Shown: piece by piece, positions 11,431-24,249 of the stretch | Numbering within the stretch: position 1 is the first letter of the stretch | How the letters are laid out: each line of letters starts with the position of its first letter | NCBI GenBank assembly: GCA_002269645.1 | Contig: NIVC01001054.1 | Location: 146,744 to 210,743 of the forward strand | DNA: 64,000 nucleotides | Source of the DNA: Macrostomum lignano | Lineage: Eukaryota | Direction of reading: 5' to 3' | The notes under the pieces: generated by a model | The model's input: only the letters and a program-made list of their open reading frames with translations | Database searches by the model: none | Told to the model about the DNA's origin: nothing | Made by a program: the position numbers and the translations under genes

Positions 11431-14400
11431 TTAGGCGAAATCCTGGCACTTGATCATCACTTTGATTGCGTTGCCAGCCGCCGTTCTTGACGTCTCAAAC
11501 GCTTCTTCACTTCGGTCCAGAGGATATCTAAAATTCAGCGTCGGGGAAATTTATTTTTAAATACAGTATTTATTACTATTTTTGCTTTGTCACATTGTTA
11601 TCCAATGAATCAATAAGTCGCAGGTCTTTAGCATTTTGTCTGTACTGTGAACGAGCCTTCATACCAGTAGTAAGTAACGAGATAATTGTTTCTTCGATGT
11701 ACGAAGTAGTTCAGAAGTTGGCAACCCTGGCCCGCGGGCCACTTGCGGCATGCATAGCCTCCATCCGGCCCGGCCCTTCTCATGTCTCTTCTCAGCTCCT
11801 CTAATCTCTTCTATCCTCTCTCCCATTCTCTGGCTCACAGACATGCGCTCGGTTCTCTATCTGGCCTTTAAGGTAAGAAGTTTGCCGACGCCGACTCCTC
11901 ATGTGGTTCGTGCAGGTGAAATATTTTAATTTTATCTTGACAGCCTGGGACTCTCACGAACGTGGCTCTGTCGCTGTAGGAGTTGACAATCCGTTGTGAT
12001 GTTAGCTTACAAAAGAGAGTCAATCTGAGGGTCTGTTGTCTGGGCTATTGGATCTGGTATATGGAGGGGGCGTTGCCCTTTGCTAGAAGTCGAGTGAATT
12101 TATCAATTCAGAGTAGTTCCATTATCTTCTGAGACTGTCTATTGGGGCTGAACTGAAGGTTATTTAACGCAAGTGCAAGACTGAGCGAGGGCGAACAAAG
12201 GAGAAAAAGGCAGGTCAAAAGGCGAAGCTACTTGCTGGGTTTTAACAGGGTTTTATATGGCATTTTGTCAGTCTTTTGCATTGGAAGGTGTTTCCATTTC
12301 CGGTAACACAACCTGGCGGCCAGCGTTGCCACAAGCAGCTATGGCCAATTTGCAGAGCCGAGCTGCATGCACATGGTCACAGGTACATGATTGTAAACTG
12401 TCCGAAGGCATACACATTTTTCTTATGAGTGTCTCATCGGCTAGCTTGTAAATGTCTCAAGTGAATGTTTTATTATAACGCTGGGCTACTCAGCCCCGAC
12501 CAATTCCTTCTTACCTGTGCGTTATAAGTCTTCGAACATCAACTGCGCCTCTTGCCACCAGAGACAGCGCGTCCGCGTAGCAGTTGGCGTAGCGGAACAC
12601 GCCGCGAATTTCCACCTCGCGAACGACGGCCGTCTGAGCTAATGGCAGCGGCATCTCGCGAACCCGACCGCGGCCAACTGTAATGAGGCAGCCGCCCGGC
12701 TTGCAGGAGAGCAGCGAGAGCCGCACCGCATCTACTGAGCCGGTGCACTCGATGGCCGCGTCCGGTTGGCGATCGCCGAAGAGACGATTCACCGCGGCAA
12801 CTTGCGACTCGACGCCTGGAGGTACATGTAGAATTTTCCAGATAGGATTCTATCAGGCTGATTCTTAAGCAAGTTGTGAGTTAAGAGTCCAAGAACCTTT
12901 GCACTACGTACATGTAATTAGGAAGGCTGGAAGTGTCTGCAGAGCTCTTTGAATACTAGTAATCAAAGTTTTTGGCTCCTTAATTGGTTTTGGTTGGTGT
13001 TCCAGCAAAAATTTCGTTAAATTCAGCTATCACCTGCGATTCCTTTGGAAAGCTTGTCTTAGAGATCTGTTTCATAGACTAAAAGTGCTCATTTTGGATA
13101 TGTTGGATTAGCCATATTAACGCTAAAATATCTTTGAAATCTATTAAACCACAATCATAGATACTATATAGTTTCTATGACCGCAATATAATAAGCAAGA
13201 TCGATCCAGGGACTTCTAAAAATAGAATCTCTAGAGCATCTCAGTGGTGTTATTTCTAGAAGTCCCTGATCGCGATCTAATAAACCATTGTGACCTAGCT
13301 GTCCAAATCGCGAGAAAACAGTCGAAAGCTTGTGATTTGTGACTTTTCTAGACTGTCTGGCACCAAGATTAGACTCCAAACAAAAGCTGTCAAGAAAAGA
13401 TTAACAGACCCGAAAAGAGCTACTTAAAATTCTTAAGAGAGCGCAAGGTGACCTAGACAAAAACAATAAACAATCATAAATCCAATAATAATTAGAATTC
13501 CCACATCAGAGAGGAAAAGTGGATAAAAACGCTGGCGGCCTACTACTGCTAGTAGCCTATGCTGTTAATATGTGAATTAAGAATTAAGTGTCTTGAGATC
13601 TTGAGATAGAGTTAAAAATACGAGACACTCCCCCAAGCTTGGTAATTCAATGCAGTACGTGCTGCACTGTAGCCAACTCTTCCACAGAAGGCAGTTTTTA
13701 TAGCATTGAGAGGCACTTTGCTCACAAGGTTCTACAGGCATGGCTAAAGTCACAGTGCTGTTGGTCGGCTTATCTGGGGCCATAAATATCTAATACTCGC
13801 AGCTTAGCCTGTTGCCATATCAGTAGAGAAGATCCAGCCAAATGCAACGAGCAGAAATCTGCTCAGGGGAACCACCTGTGCTATCATGCCTGTCAAACTC
13901 CACAACAACTTCACGAACGTCCCCACCAGCAATATTTGAAAACCTTATCAAATGAAAACGCAAGACAAGGCCAGCTAATTTGCCTTGAATTCGAGCAGGT
14001 GCTGGACCACTTTAAAGTACTGTACTTGGGAAGACAACTAATTTTGCTTAATCAACCGTAGCTGCATAAAATCGTCCAAACCATAACATGGGTAGGGTAG
14101 CTAGGGCGTCATTGCGTGTACTATAGAGTACTATAGTAACTTTTAGAATCCGAAAACAGTCAGCAGTGTTGGAAGTAACGAAACCAATTTATATCAGTCT
14201 ACTAGATCCAAAAATTCAATAATATCATAAGAAGCTCGATCGATGTACTATATACTAGCTATACAATCTAATATAGCAGGAATTTTAGCAAAAAGTTAAC
14301 CCACATCGCCACATGCGCTTACAATTCAATGATACAACTGCACTTACTCTGAGACTCAGTGACCAGTAGCGTACCGTCGGCACCCATCTCCTTGGCGACG

Positions 14401-15508
14401 GTGAGTCGGTGCGGGTTGATGTCGGTCAGAATCACCGTGTCGGCGCCCATAGCCTTAGCCGTCAGCAGGTTGACGAGGCCGATTGGCCCAGCGCCGCAGA
14501 TCAGCACGCGGCTGCCGAGCGTCACTCCGGCCCTGCGGCACGCGTGGACGCCGACGCTGAGCGGCTCGAGTAGGGCGCCCTCCTCCAGCGAGACGTGATC
14601 CGGCAGACGGAAGCAAAAGTCGGCGTCGTGCACGTGCCACCCGCTGAGACTACCATCTACCGGCGGAGTGGCCAGGAACTTCACGTCGGGGCACAGGTTG
14701 TACCTCCCCGACTTGCAGAGGTCGCAGAATCGGCACGGAATCCCGGGCTCGACGGCGACTCGATCGCCCGGTCGGAGACTGTCTACTTCAGCGCCGACCT
14801 CGGTCACCACGCCGGCCGACTCGTGTCCGAGCACCATCGGCTGACGGACTACAAAGTCTCCGATGGCGCCGTGCGTCCAGTAGTGCACGTCGGAGCCGCA
14901 GATGCCCACCGAGTCCATGCGGAGCAGCACTTGGCGGGGACCGGGCCGCGGGATCGGGCGCTCCTCCTGCGATGTGCGTGTCGGACATGGCAGATTTTAC
15001 TATCTGGACTGTTGATTGAAAGATTTATTAATCTAGAGATTACAGCATCAAAACGGATCATTCTGGTCGTAGGCTCCGTTCACACTCGATTAGATGAGTG
15101 CAAACTTGGCGCACAAGCTAGTATTGTTGTTATAGCAATGGAATTGAACTTTCTCGCCAAGAATTTGTGATGCAACTGACTTTACGGGTAGACCAAAAAT
15201 TCCTTGAATTGGACAAATTTGGAACGTCAAGTCGTACCATAGCTATATGCATGGTTTTATTGCATGTGCACCAAAGTCTCCCAGGCAGAAAGAACTGTAA
15301 TTTAACTACATTTCTCTTATAAAACGCAAATATGGCTTGCCATTTTATTTAATCCTTCTACATGTAATTTAACATTATAACTACGGGCAGACGTAAATCC
15401 AATTATTCGAATAGTATAAATATTAAAATAGTCACTCAAGAATTGCCTTACCAATACAATTTCATTCGCGCGTCGAAGCACAACGACAATGTTCTTTTCA
15501 GCGGACAT
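11431..15508 (-). CDS. SORD: Sorbitol dehydrogenase, copy A (357 aa; exons 15508-15452, 14966-14348, 12815-12515, 11527-11431)
   Basis: Four GT-AG exons join in frame (1074 nt); catalytic Zn motif CGSDVH, structural Zn CRFCDLC...C, NAD-binding [16 protein letters not shown]-terminal AFET...IKVMIKC. Confidence 0.93.
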
Positions 15509-16751
15509 CTGTAAACTAAAGTGTAGGTGGAGATTTGCGAGTTTCGTACGAAATTGTATAGACAGTAGCTGTCTCAAACAATTGTGAAGCATAATTAGTT
15601 TCTTGACACTTTCTATAGATCAGCGCTACCTGTAATGCAGGAGTCGGCAAACTCCGGCCCGCAAAGCCTCTCTATCCGGCCCTCGGGTCCTTTGAAACTT
15701 CACAATAGCAATCTAGCCCGCTTAAGGTTTGTGTCTTCTCAGTTGTCTCTCCCCTCTTCTATCTTTCCGCTCCTCTCATCGCATCTCTCATCTCGCCTCT
15801 CACCTTTCATAATCTCGTCTCTTATCTCTATCTTATTTTTCCTCCTCTCTTTCGTCTTCCCTCTCCTCTATTCCCTATTCCTCTCTTCTCACGTGGCCTG
15901 CAGTACTGATCTCTAGACTCTTTAACTGGCTATTGAGGTAAAAATTAGTTGGCTGACCCCTGCAACTATAAACTATAACTACTAGTTTACAGTTTACGGT
16001 AAAATACACTCAAAAAGAGCAAATAAGTTAATAAATTTTGCTCGCTTTCTTAAAAACTAAAAAGCAACAAATAATAATAACAAACAAATTCAAAACTAGT
16101 GATAGAATTGCCTGCGGAACTTGACAATGTTGTGATACTGCTATTACAAAATACGAACACCATCATTTTTAAAACATGTTAATAAACAAACTGCAGACTG
16201 TGCCTAAATAACCCTAAAAAGTAGATTAGTGCAAAAAAATTCTTACAGAGAATTGATTACTCGCCATTAAATTCCCTTAATTTAATTAACACGCGCGTGT
16301 ACTTAGCTATTGATTTTTAGGTAGCAAAGTTTAACTATAAAGATGTTTTAACACGGCAAATAACAGCAATCTAAAGCATGCTAATTTCCATAACTAAAAA
16401 GTACAGTACGTATAATAAAGCATTAGTATAGTATTTTTAGTTATATAGATTTTGGCGAAAACACGATCAAAATTGGTCAAGAATTGCAATCTCTAGAGCG
16501 TAACATCCGGACAGACAAATCTTAGAAATTTAGTATAGTTGGATAGTGAATGTATATAGTAATACTAAAACAGTAGATTTTCCGACCGGGTACCAGGCCG
16601 GGCTGTATAGTTTTTCAGCTATTGCGTCTACATAAAAATCAGCGATTTAATGTAATTAACTTAGCGAGCAAACGCAACATACGTGAATACAATAAATACA
16701 ATCATCAGCGCTAATAGTTATTTTTGGTTTCAGCGTTCCTCCATTGTAGTT

Positions 16752-18427
16752 TCAATTCTCCTGACACTTGATGATCACTTTGATGGCATTTCCGGCGCCT
16801 GTTTTAGCCGTCTCGAATGCGTCCACACTTTTCGACAAGGGAAACCTGACGCCGAGCAAATAGAGATCAGGTGGTAATAACATAAAGGTAATATAGCTAT
16901 TTTCTCAAGATGCAAAAATCTAAAACAATGGTTTAGAAGCTTTTTATAGGTTGATATAATTTTCTACGATGTCTCACCTATGCGTAATCAGCGGCTTAAC
17001 ATTGACTCGACCTTGCGCCACGAGCGACAGCGCGTCCGGATAACAATTTGCGTAGCGGAAAACTCCGCGAATGTCCACCTCGCGGACGCTGGCCTGCACG
17101 ATTGGTAGGACAATCTCCGGCTTGCCGAGGCCGACCAGCACCACGCAGCCGCCGGAACGGCAAGCCCGCACCGAGAGGCCGACGGAGGCCTCAGCGCCGG
17201 TGCATTCGATGACAATGTCCGGCCGGCGCCCGTTAAATAGAGCGCAGACCTGGCTCACTAGCGACTCAGCATCTGGTGGAGGGAAGAAGTATAGCCATCA
17301 GGTACGTCAGTCGTGGAAAGATGTCTAGATCTAATAATATACAAGCTTACATGTATAAAATCTCCTCTTTTATTTGTTTTGCCTTAAGCCAATTAATTGG
17401 ACTTCAATCCCAATAGTTGCGCCTCCTATAGGCCTTTCGGATTGTGCAAAAAAGCTACCACCAAATCCGATAGCTAAGAAAGTCCAACTGTTCAACATTG
17501 CAAAGTAAATCTTTCACTAAGAGCAACTAACAAGCTCTAAATTTAAAACGTTCCCATACGTCAAAAAGATGATCTCAAGCATCTGTGAAATAATTGTAAT
17601 GGGGGCAGCTTGCCAAGCTAATTGCCACACTAGGGTATTGACCAGATCAGCAAAAATTGCATAAATCAACCTACTCCCAGTTGCAATAAGAGTAGCGTCG
17701 GCACCCATCTCCTTGGCGACGGTGAGTCGGTGCGGGTTGATGTCGGTCAGAATCACCGTGTCGGCGCCCATAGCCTTAGCCGTCAGCAGGTTGACGAGGC
17801 CGATTGGCCCAGCGCCGCAGATCAGCACGCGGCTGCCGAGCGTCACTCCGGCCCTGCGGCGCGCGTGGACGCCGACGCTGAGCGGCTCGAGTAGGGCGCC
17901 CTCCTCCAGCGAGACGTGATCCGGCAGACGAAAGCAAAAGTCGGCGTCGTGCACGTGCCACCCGCTGAGACTACCGTCTACCGGCGGAGTGGCCAGGAAC
18001 TTCACGTCAGGGCACAGGTTGTACCTCCCCGACTTGCAGAGGTCGCAGAATCGGCACGGAATCCCGGGCTCGACGGCGACTCGATCGCCCGGTCGGAGGC
18101 TGTCTACTTCAGCGCCGACCTCGGTCACCACGCCGGCCGACTCGTGTCCGAGCACCATCGGCTGACGGACTACAAAGTCTCCGATGGCGCCGTGCGTCCA
18201 GTAGTGCACGTCGGAGCCGCAGATGCCCACCGAGTCCATGCGGAGCAGCACTTGGCGGGGACCGGGCCGCGGGATCGGGCGCTCCTCCTGCGAAATGGAA
18301 CTGTTTTATGTGAATGAAGCCACATGCTTTTGACTTAAAAATATATAAGACGCAAAAACAAAGTTATTACCAATTTTATATTGTTAACACTCTGCAGCAC
18401 CACTGAAATATTCTTGCTGTCAGTCAT
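16752..18427 (-). CDS. SORD: Sorbitol dehydrogenase, copy B (352 aa; exons 18427-18371, 18287-17675, 17272-16978, 16845-16752)
   Basis: Same four-exon structure and intron phases as copy A; joins in frame (1059 nt); first exon [19 protein letters not shown]. Confidence 0.92.
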
Positions 18428-19613
18428 GTTTCAATTAGCTCTGAAAATTACAGACTGTAAAATTCTTTATTGTAAATTTTAGGTGAAACACATGTGTGAT
18501 GAAGGCAGTAAATGTTTGGTTCTTACTAATGCGAGCTAGCTAAGCCTTTATGTATTCAAATACTTTTGCTTAGCAAATTTTGTAATATCTATTTTGTTTT
18601 CAGCTCAATTTTTGGATGAGAGATGTCTACCGGAAGTACTTTATTATGTTTTAACTACACAACACTATAATAATATAGAAAGACTGGAATGCAGTTATAA
18701 AAAATAAATTTCTTTGGAATATCTTCCTGCTTGTAGTCTTATGTCCGAAACATTAAGTATGTTATCTGAGTGAACATGATACTCCTTTGCTTTTTGAATA
18801 ATATTTACTGATAATAAATACCTAAAAACTATATTGATTCACAACGCAAGTTAATAGTCAAATAAATATTAGCTACAAATGGAAAATAAAATAACCTGGC
18901 TTGCAAACTACAAAAAATCTAGTGAAATAAATATTTAACATTGACATTAAAATCCATAAGAATATTTTGGTAAGTAAAACCAAGACTGATTATTTAGCAT
19001 AGTCAAATGACATCAAAGTTTTACAGTTTATTTTTTTAATAAAATAAACATTATATTAGCTTCTTTTTATAATAATTAATCTAAATTTGTTCAACACTGA
19101 ATAGAAAGGCTATCTGAAGAATAGAAAAGGAGTAGAAGAAGGCTATCGATTGTGTCTAAGCATTATCAGTCTGAGTTTAGGTTTTACTGTTTAAAAGGTT
19201 AGTCTATTAAGTAAAGTACTGGGTACGTGGGCCTTCCCTTACCCTGAACAACTACGAGAAAAGTGGCTCGTGGCTTGGCTCGTGGAACTTAAAAAATTCA
19301 GCTAATTATCAAGAGTTGGTATTAAAACTCTTTCAAAAGGATTAAACCTTAATTTTTAAGATACAATTGATTTAGTTACTTTTTACCGATGTATAAAACA
19401 CGAACATTAAATAAAAAACCATGCGCTATCTAGTGCGTACGTAGCCTGTCTGTCTCTGTCTCTATAAGATGCGCGAAATCTTTAAAAATCTGCTGCTGTA
19501 AATGGGCAAATAAAGACATTAAAGCATTTACTTGAAAAGCAATTGTTTAGTTAGAAAAACAAGGCATGATATTTAAAAACAAAAAGAACACTCCCTTAAA
19601 TAATAAAAGTAAA

Positions 19614-19677
19614 CACAGTCATTGTTTATCTTTCTTCTACAGTAGTAATTTAAAATAGTTTTTTAAAAATAAAGAAA
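19614..19677. repeat. 64-bp direct repeat, left copy (partner at 23685-23748)
   Basis: CACAGTCATTGTTTATC...AAATAAAGAAA occurs at both ends of the Gypsy fragment with 2 differences. Confidence 0.9.
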
Positions 19678-20319
19678 TGTGACGAATAAGGCGAATAAGA
19701 CGGATTTGTGTAGCGGTTAATTTTTATAGTTCACGATTAGTTAGCAGATCGGCAAGCCGCTTCAACCCTTAGACTTTTGCTAGTGCTACTTAAAATTGCT
19801 GGATCAGTTAATTAACTAATTGGTGTGCCAAGGTAGACGGCGAGGAGTTGGTGTAAGGAGGCCAGACAGTGTCACAGCTAAGGGTTAGCGAGCCTAGGTC
19901 GAGAAGCGAAGCAAGGGGAAGGGCGAAGGCGGCTGCTGACTGTAGTGTAAGCATATATATTTAAAGGTAAACAGATAACAACAACACTCTTAATCCAAAA
20001 CCCAGACAAACAACCCCCCACGCGACGCGCAATGTACATGTACAACTTAATCGATAAATATATCATGCAAGAAAAACATACGTCAGTACATGTACATAAG
20101 TAGAACTACTTTACGAGAAATAATAACGATATGAATGAAATACAAATAATAGAATAAATACATACGAGGCTACAAAAACAAAGCAATTAACAGTAAAAAT
20201 AGCGCGATAATAATACGAACGAATATTGTTAAAAATAAATGGAAGAATACAGTAGTAGTACGGTATGCGTATGAAAATAAAGAAATACGATACACGATTC
20301 TACGAATCACACTTTCACA
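19678..20319 (-). repeat. 3' LTR (642 bp) of the second Gypsy element
   Basis: Begins TGTGA after the PPT on the minus strand and ends TCACA (plus-strand TGTGA at 19678). Confidence 0.8.
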
Positions 20320-23300
20320 CCCGCCCCTCTACTAAAAAATACTGAAAAACGAAAAACAAAAACACGAATATATCGAACAGCGATGAAGAATTATTAACAA
20401 AAAACTTATTTCGAAAATAACGAACAAAATAATTTACATGCTCGAGTTCAATTATTGTTGGCACCAGTTATTCGGATGAAAATATTGAAAAATACACAAA
20501 GCGTTTGGAACGAACAGGAATTAAAACAGATATTTGTCAAAGAAATGCTTCTCGCATTTCAAAATATTGAACAATATTTGGAGCAACGAGTTAGAGCCGA
20601 ATTAAAGTACTCACAAAGATTAATTATAGGAAATATCAAAGGTGTCGCAAACCAACTCAAAACACTACAAAGCAATCACGAAACGCAAAACCAGCACAGG
20701 CACACCCTATGACTAAGAGAACAGCCCAAAGCGAGACGAAACAGGGCGCACCTAGCAACCCGGAAGCACCAAGCAAACGGAGCACGAGAGAAACGGGAAA
20801 AGAATTCGAGCAAGCCCGGAGGCGAGCTCAGGTCCGCGCACAAACACGAACCCAGCCGGGGACCGATCAAGAACGACCGCAAGGGCACGCCGATCAACGG
20901 CGCCGGAACCGACCTCGGAACCAGACGAACAGAGACCCTATGGTGCTCTGCACAGCCACACAGGCTTGACAACGGCGGCAGAAAACACGCTAAAGACCGA
21001 CAAGCGCTACTTAAGTACAGACGACACGCGATTGAATGACGATGCAAATTAACTAAACTCTAGGACCGTAAACTACATGTATGAACTGATGATGTATGAA
21101 CTCTGTACTTTGTTATCTTGGAACAACCCTGTTTATTTTATTTTTTGTGACAATTATATTAGTTTTTCTGCGTTTTTAAAGGAATATTTTCTGAATATTA
21201 ATTTTACCCGGTCCGAGCGAGTTGCGATCGATTTTTATTTATTAAATAGCTGTGCTAGAAAATTTCGAAAACGTGCCGGTTTGGTAACAATCCTTCTGGA
21301 TCTAGTCGTCTGTGTCGATTGAGGCAAGGAAATGGCGTCAATCTGTTCTTGTGGAGCGACAGCTTCCATCGTGGTCTCACTGTCAGGATCCTCGATGGCT
21401 TCTACCGGCATACCGGCTTCCCCCCTAACGGGACTGTCTTCAGCCGGAGCTTGCTCCTCGGTGACATCTTCTGCCGCCTCCTCCAACAGATCGCCATTTT
21501 CATCGAACACGGCTCTGCCACTCTGCTCACCGTTCGAAACCTCGTGCGGATCACCTTCATCGATTACTCCCGCCTCTCCTTCCAAGGGCTCTATCGGCGG
21601 TGGTGGCACTGCAACTGGCAGGTCGGGAGCGGCAACTGTGGTAACCTGCTGGGACTCATCCACAAGCGCTGATGATGCACTTTCTGATACCTGGAGCGGT
21701 TGAGTCGCAGCACTTTGATTGGAACCGTTGATGGAGCACGAAGACAACCAGGTAGACTGGTCGTCTCCTCGCAAGCCTACTCTTGACGACGGCATTCTGG
21801 CTGGCATGCGAGTCCCGTACCTGTCCACAACATCTTCATAAGTCTGTTTGCGCACACAGCGCTTCATCCGATCGACATTGTACACATTGTGAGACGGGTT
21901 GGGAATGCGCTCCAAAGGATTTATTCTAGCGAATTCTGGAATGAGTCTGTAATTCCTCTCCGAAATCTTTTGCACCACCTTGTATGGTCCAAACCAGACA
22001 GCACTGTCGAGGCCACGATGGTCGGCGTTGAGGACCCATACAAGATCGCCTATCTCGAAGTTCTCGAAGAGTTCAGCGCGCTGCGGTCATAGTAGCGCTT
22101 TTGGCGCTCTTGGGCCTTTCCACGGGCATGGCGCGCAGCCGCTGATACCTCCACGAGCGTCTGGTGCAGATAATGTGCATACAGTTCAGGTCTGTACCTA
22201 TCTTGAACTGGTGGATTATGAACGAAATCCAGTGGCAGATTTAGCTTGTGTCCAAAAAGATCTTTGCGGGAGAAAATCCGGTGGATTCGGCGACTGTTGC
22301 CCGAATCGAGAGAGCTGCTAGCCGGGCTGCAAGAGGCCAATCGAACTGCCGATCCAAGCAAATAGCACGAATCTGACCTTTTACTGTCTGTATCATTCGC
22401 TCAACCTTCCCGTTCGCTTGTGGACGTCGTGCTTTGACACGCGCCATGTCCACCTCGAGAAGTCGAGTGAGCTCAGATACGGTGTTGTTGACAAAGGCTG
22501 TACCGTTGTCCGAGACTACCTGTTCCATGCACCCGTACCTCGCGATCCATTCGGTCAGGATATTGACTGCGGTCGTTTCCGCTGAAACATCGGCTACGGG
22601 AATGACCTCTACAAAACCCGAAAATCGGTCAACCATCACGAGCAAGTACTTATATCCTGCTTGCTCGGGAAACGGACCTGCGTGATCGACGTGGATTACC
22701 TGGTTTGGGTAGCCCGAAAGTTCGGGCTGCAGCGGGGCTTTATGCTTTAGTTTTGACTTTTTTGTTCTGGCGCAGACATCACACTCAGCTATGATTCCCT
22801 TGACATAGGTTTCTAGGTCAGCGATGGCGAAACGAAATCGAATAGCTGTTAGAGTTTTTGTTATGCCACAGTGATTGAGCTGTCGGTGGTATCTTGACAC
22901 CAACTCGACAACATCTGCGGTCTCTGGAATCACTAACAGCTTATTGACTGATTTTGTGTTCTTTTTCGGCTTAAAGTGAAATAAGAGCCCATTTTCGACT
23001 TTCAGTTCATCGAACAGCGACCACAAGATTCTAACTTCACGACTGCAACTCTGCAGGCTAGCCTTAGGAGGCTTTTCTGTACGGCCCTGCACGCAATCGA
23101 TCAGCTGAGCGATGTCAACGCAAGTCTCTTGTGATTCATGTGCCCATTCTAGTTCCGGGTCAACTGACTCGACTGAGGATTCGCTGGATGCCGATTGTTC
23201 GACTTCAGCTACCCTGACTGCCAGTCGAGACGTTTCGATTGGCATTGTCGCTTCGAAAGCGGCCTCTGTGACTGGAACTGTAGTGAAAAATGTGCACTGT

Positions 23301-23690
23301 GTTGATGTGTTGCTTGTGAATTTCTCGGTTTGACAGGCTGATGTTACTACTGTTTCAATATTGTGACAGCTCGTGACAGGCGAGTCTGTCTGGCAACATA
23401 CGTCCGCTACAGAGCATTGCACTGCGGCGTCAACTTGTTGCCTTCTGATGTTAACTGATGCTGACTTTTTAGCTTTCTCGCTTTTAAATTTCTCTTGAAA
23501 TTCAGGTACCATGCTGCATGACGGGCAGTCGAAGTGATCGGCACGAAAGCGAGGATTTCGGCTCAGCATATCTGCCGCCACATGGTCTTTCCCTGGCCGG
23601 TACTGGACCTCAAAGTCGTATTCTCCGACTCTTTCAAGAGCTGACTGTTCGATCTTGAATTCGTACAAATCTATGGTCGCGAGCCACAGT
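19678..23690 (-). mobile_element. 5'-truncated Ty3/Gypsy retrotransposon (RNase H end, integrase, 3' UTR, PPT, one LTR)
   Basis: EYDFEVQYRPGKDHVAADMLSR (RNase H end); HHCC zinc finger H-QLNH...CDVC; DDE motifs HVDHAGP, VSDNGTAF, ANGKVERM; GPY motif near 21990; two frameshifts; PPT AGTAGAGGGGCGGG at 20320-20333 (minus). Confidence 0.92.
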
Positions 23691-23748
23691 CATTGTTTAT
23701 CTTTTTTCTACAGTAGTAATTTAAAATAGTTTTTAAAAAATAAAGAAA
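23685..23748. repeat. 64-bp direct repeat, right copy (partner at 19614-19677)
   Basis: Direct copy of 19614-19677, abutting the truncated RNase H sequence. Confidence 0.9.
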
Positions 23749-24249
23749 AATCGTTGTGTTAATCAAATATATGCACTCCGATCGAACGAATCGAAGTTCC
23801 CATTGCAAATCATGATATAGAGCTAGGTAGCCGTTGTTTTAATACGAATTCAAACTGCACTAATACAACTGTTCTCTAAACCTGCTCACGATGAAACTTA
23901 AATTATGCCACCTGATGCATGCATTACCTTTTTACTGTGCATGATCAATACATCAAAAGCAACAAAAAATCTACTTGCGTGTTAGTTTTAAAATACATCA
24001 GCATTATAGGGCACACCTGTAAGTAAGGGGGGATATTTTAAATAAATGTTGCCATCTCGTTCTTCTGGTCTCTCACTTCTATGGCTCTATGTCTACTTAA
24101 AATATCAATGTGTAGCTACTTTTAATTGGTTGGGGTCGTGTCCTCAGCTTTTGCTAGTTGGAGCGCATTTATTGTTTAAAATACATTCAATCTGGATGGG
24201 AAATTTTAGGGCCAGAATGTGTCACTTCAAGGGTTGTACTTTACATGTA

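Noticed and set aside
11938-12460. Possible solo LTR in SORD-A intron 3
   Set aside because: No convincing terminal inverted repeat or TSD.
13080-14040. Possible retroelement debris in SORD-A intron 2 ([11 protein letters not shown])
   Set aside because: A single weak motif, with no continuous frame.
11750-15940. Similar pyrimidine-rich tracts at 11750-11880 and 15650-15940, each ending in a plus-strand GTAA
   Set aside because: Similarity is short and low-complexity; cannot distinguish a repeat family from chance.
14595-18317. Plus-strand ORFs of 133-191 aa over SORD exon 2
   Set aside because: Antisense shadows of GC-rich coding sequence.
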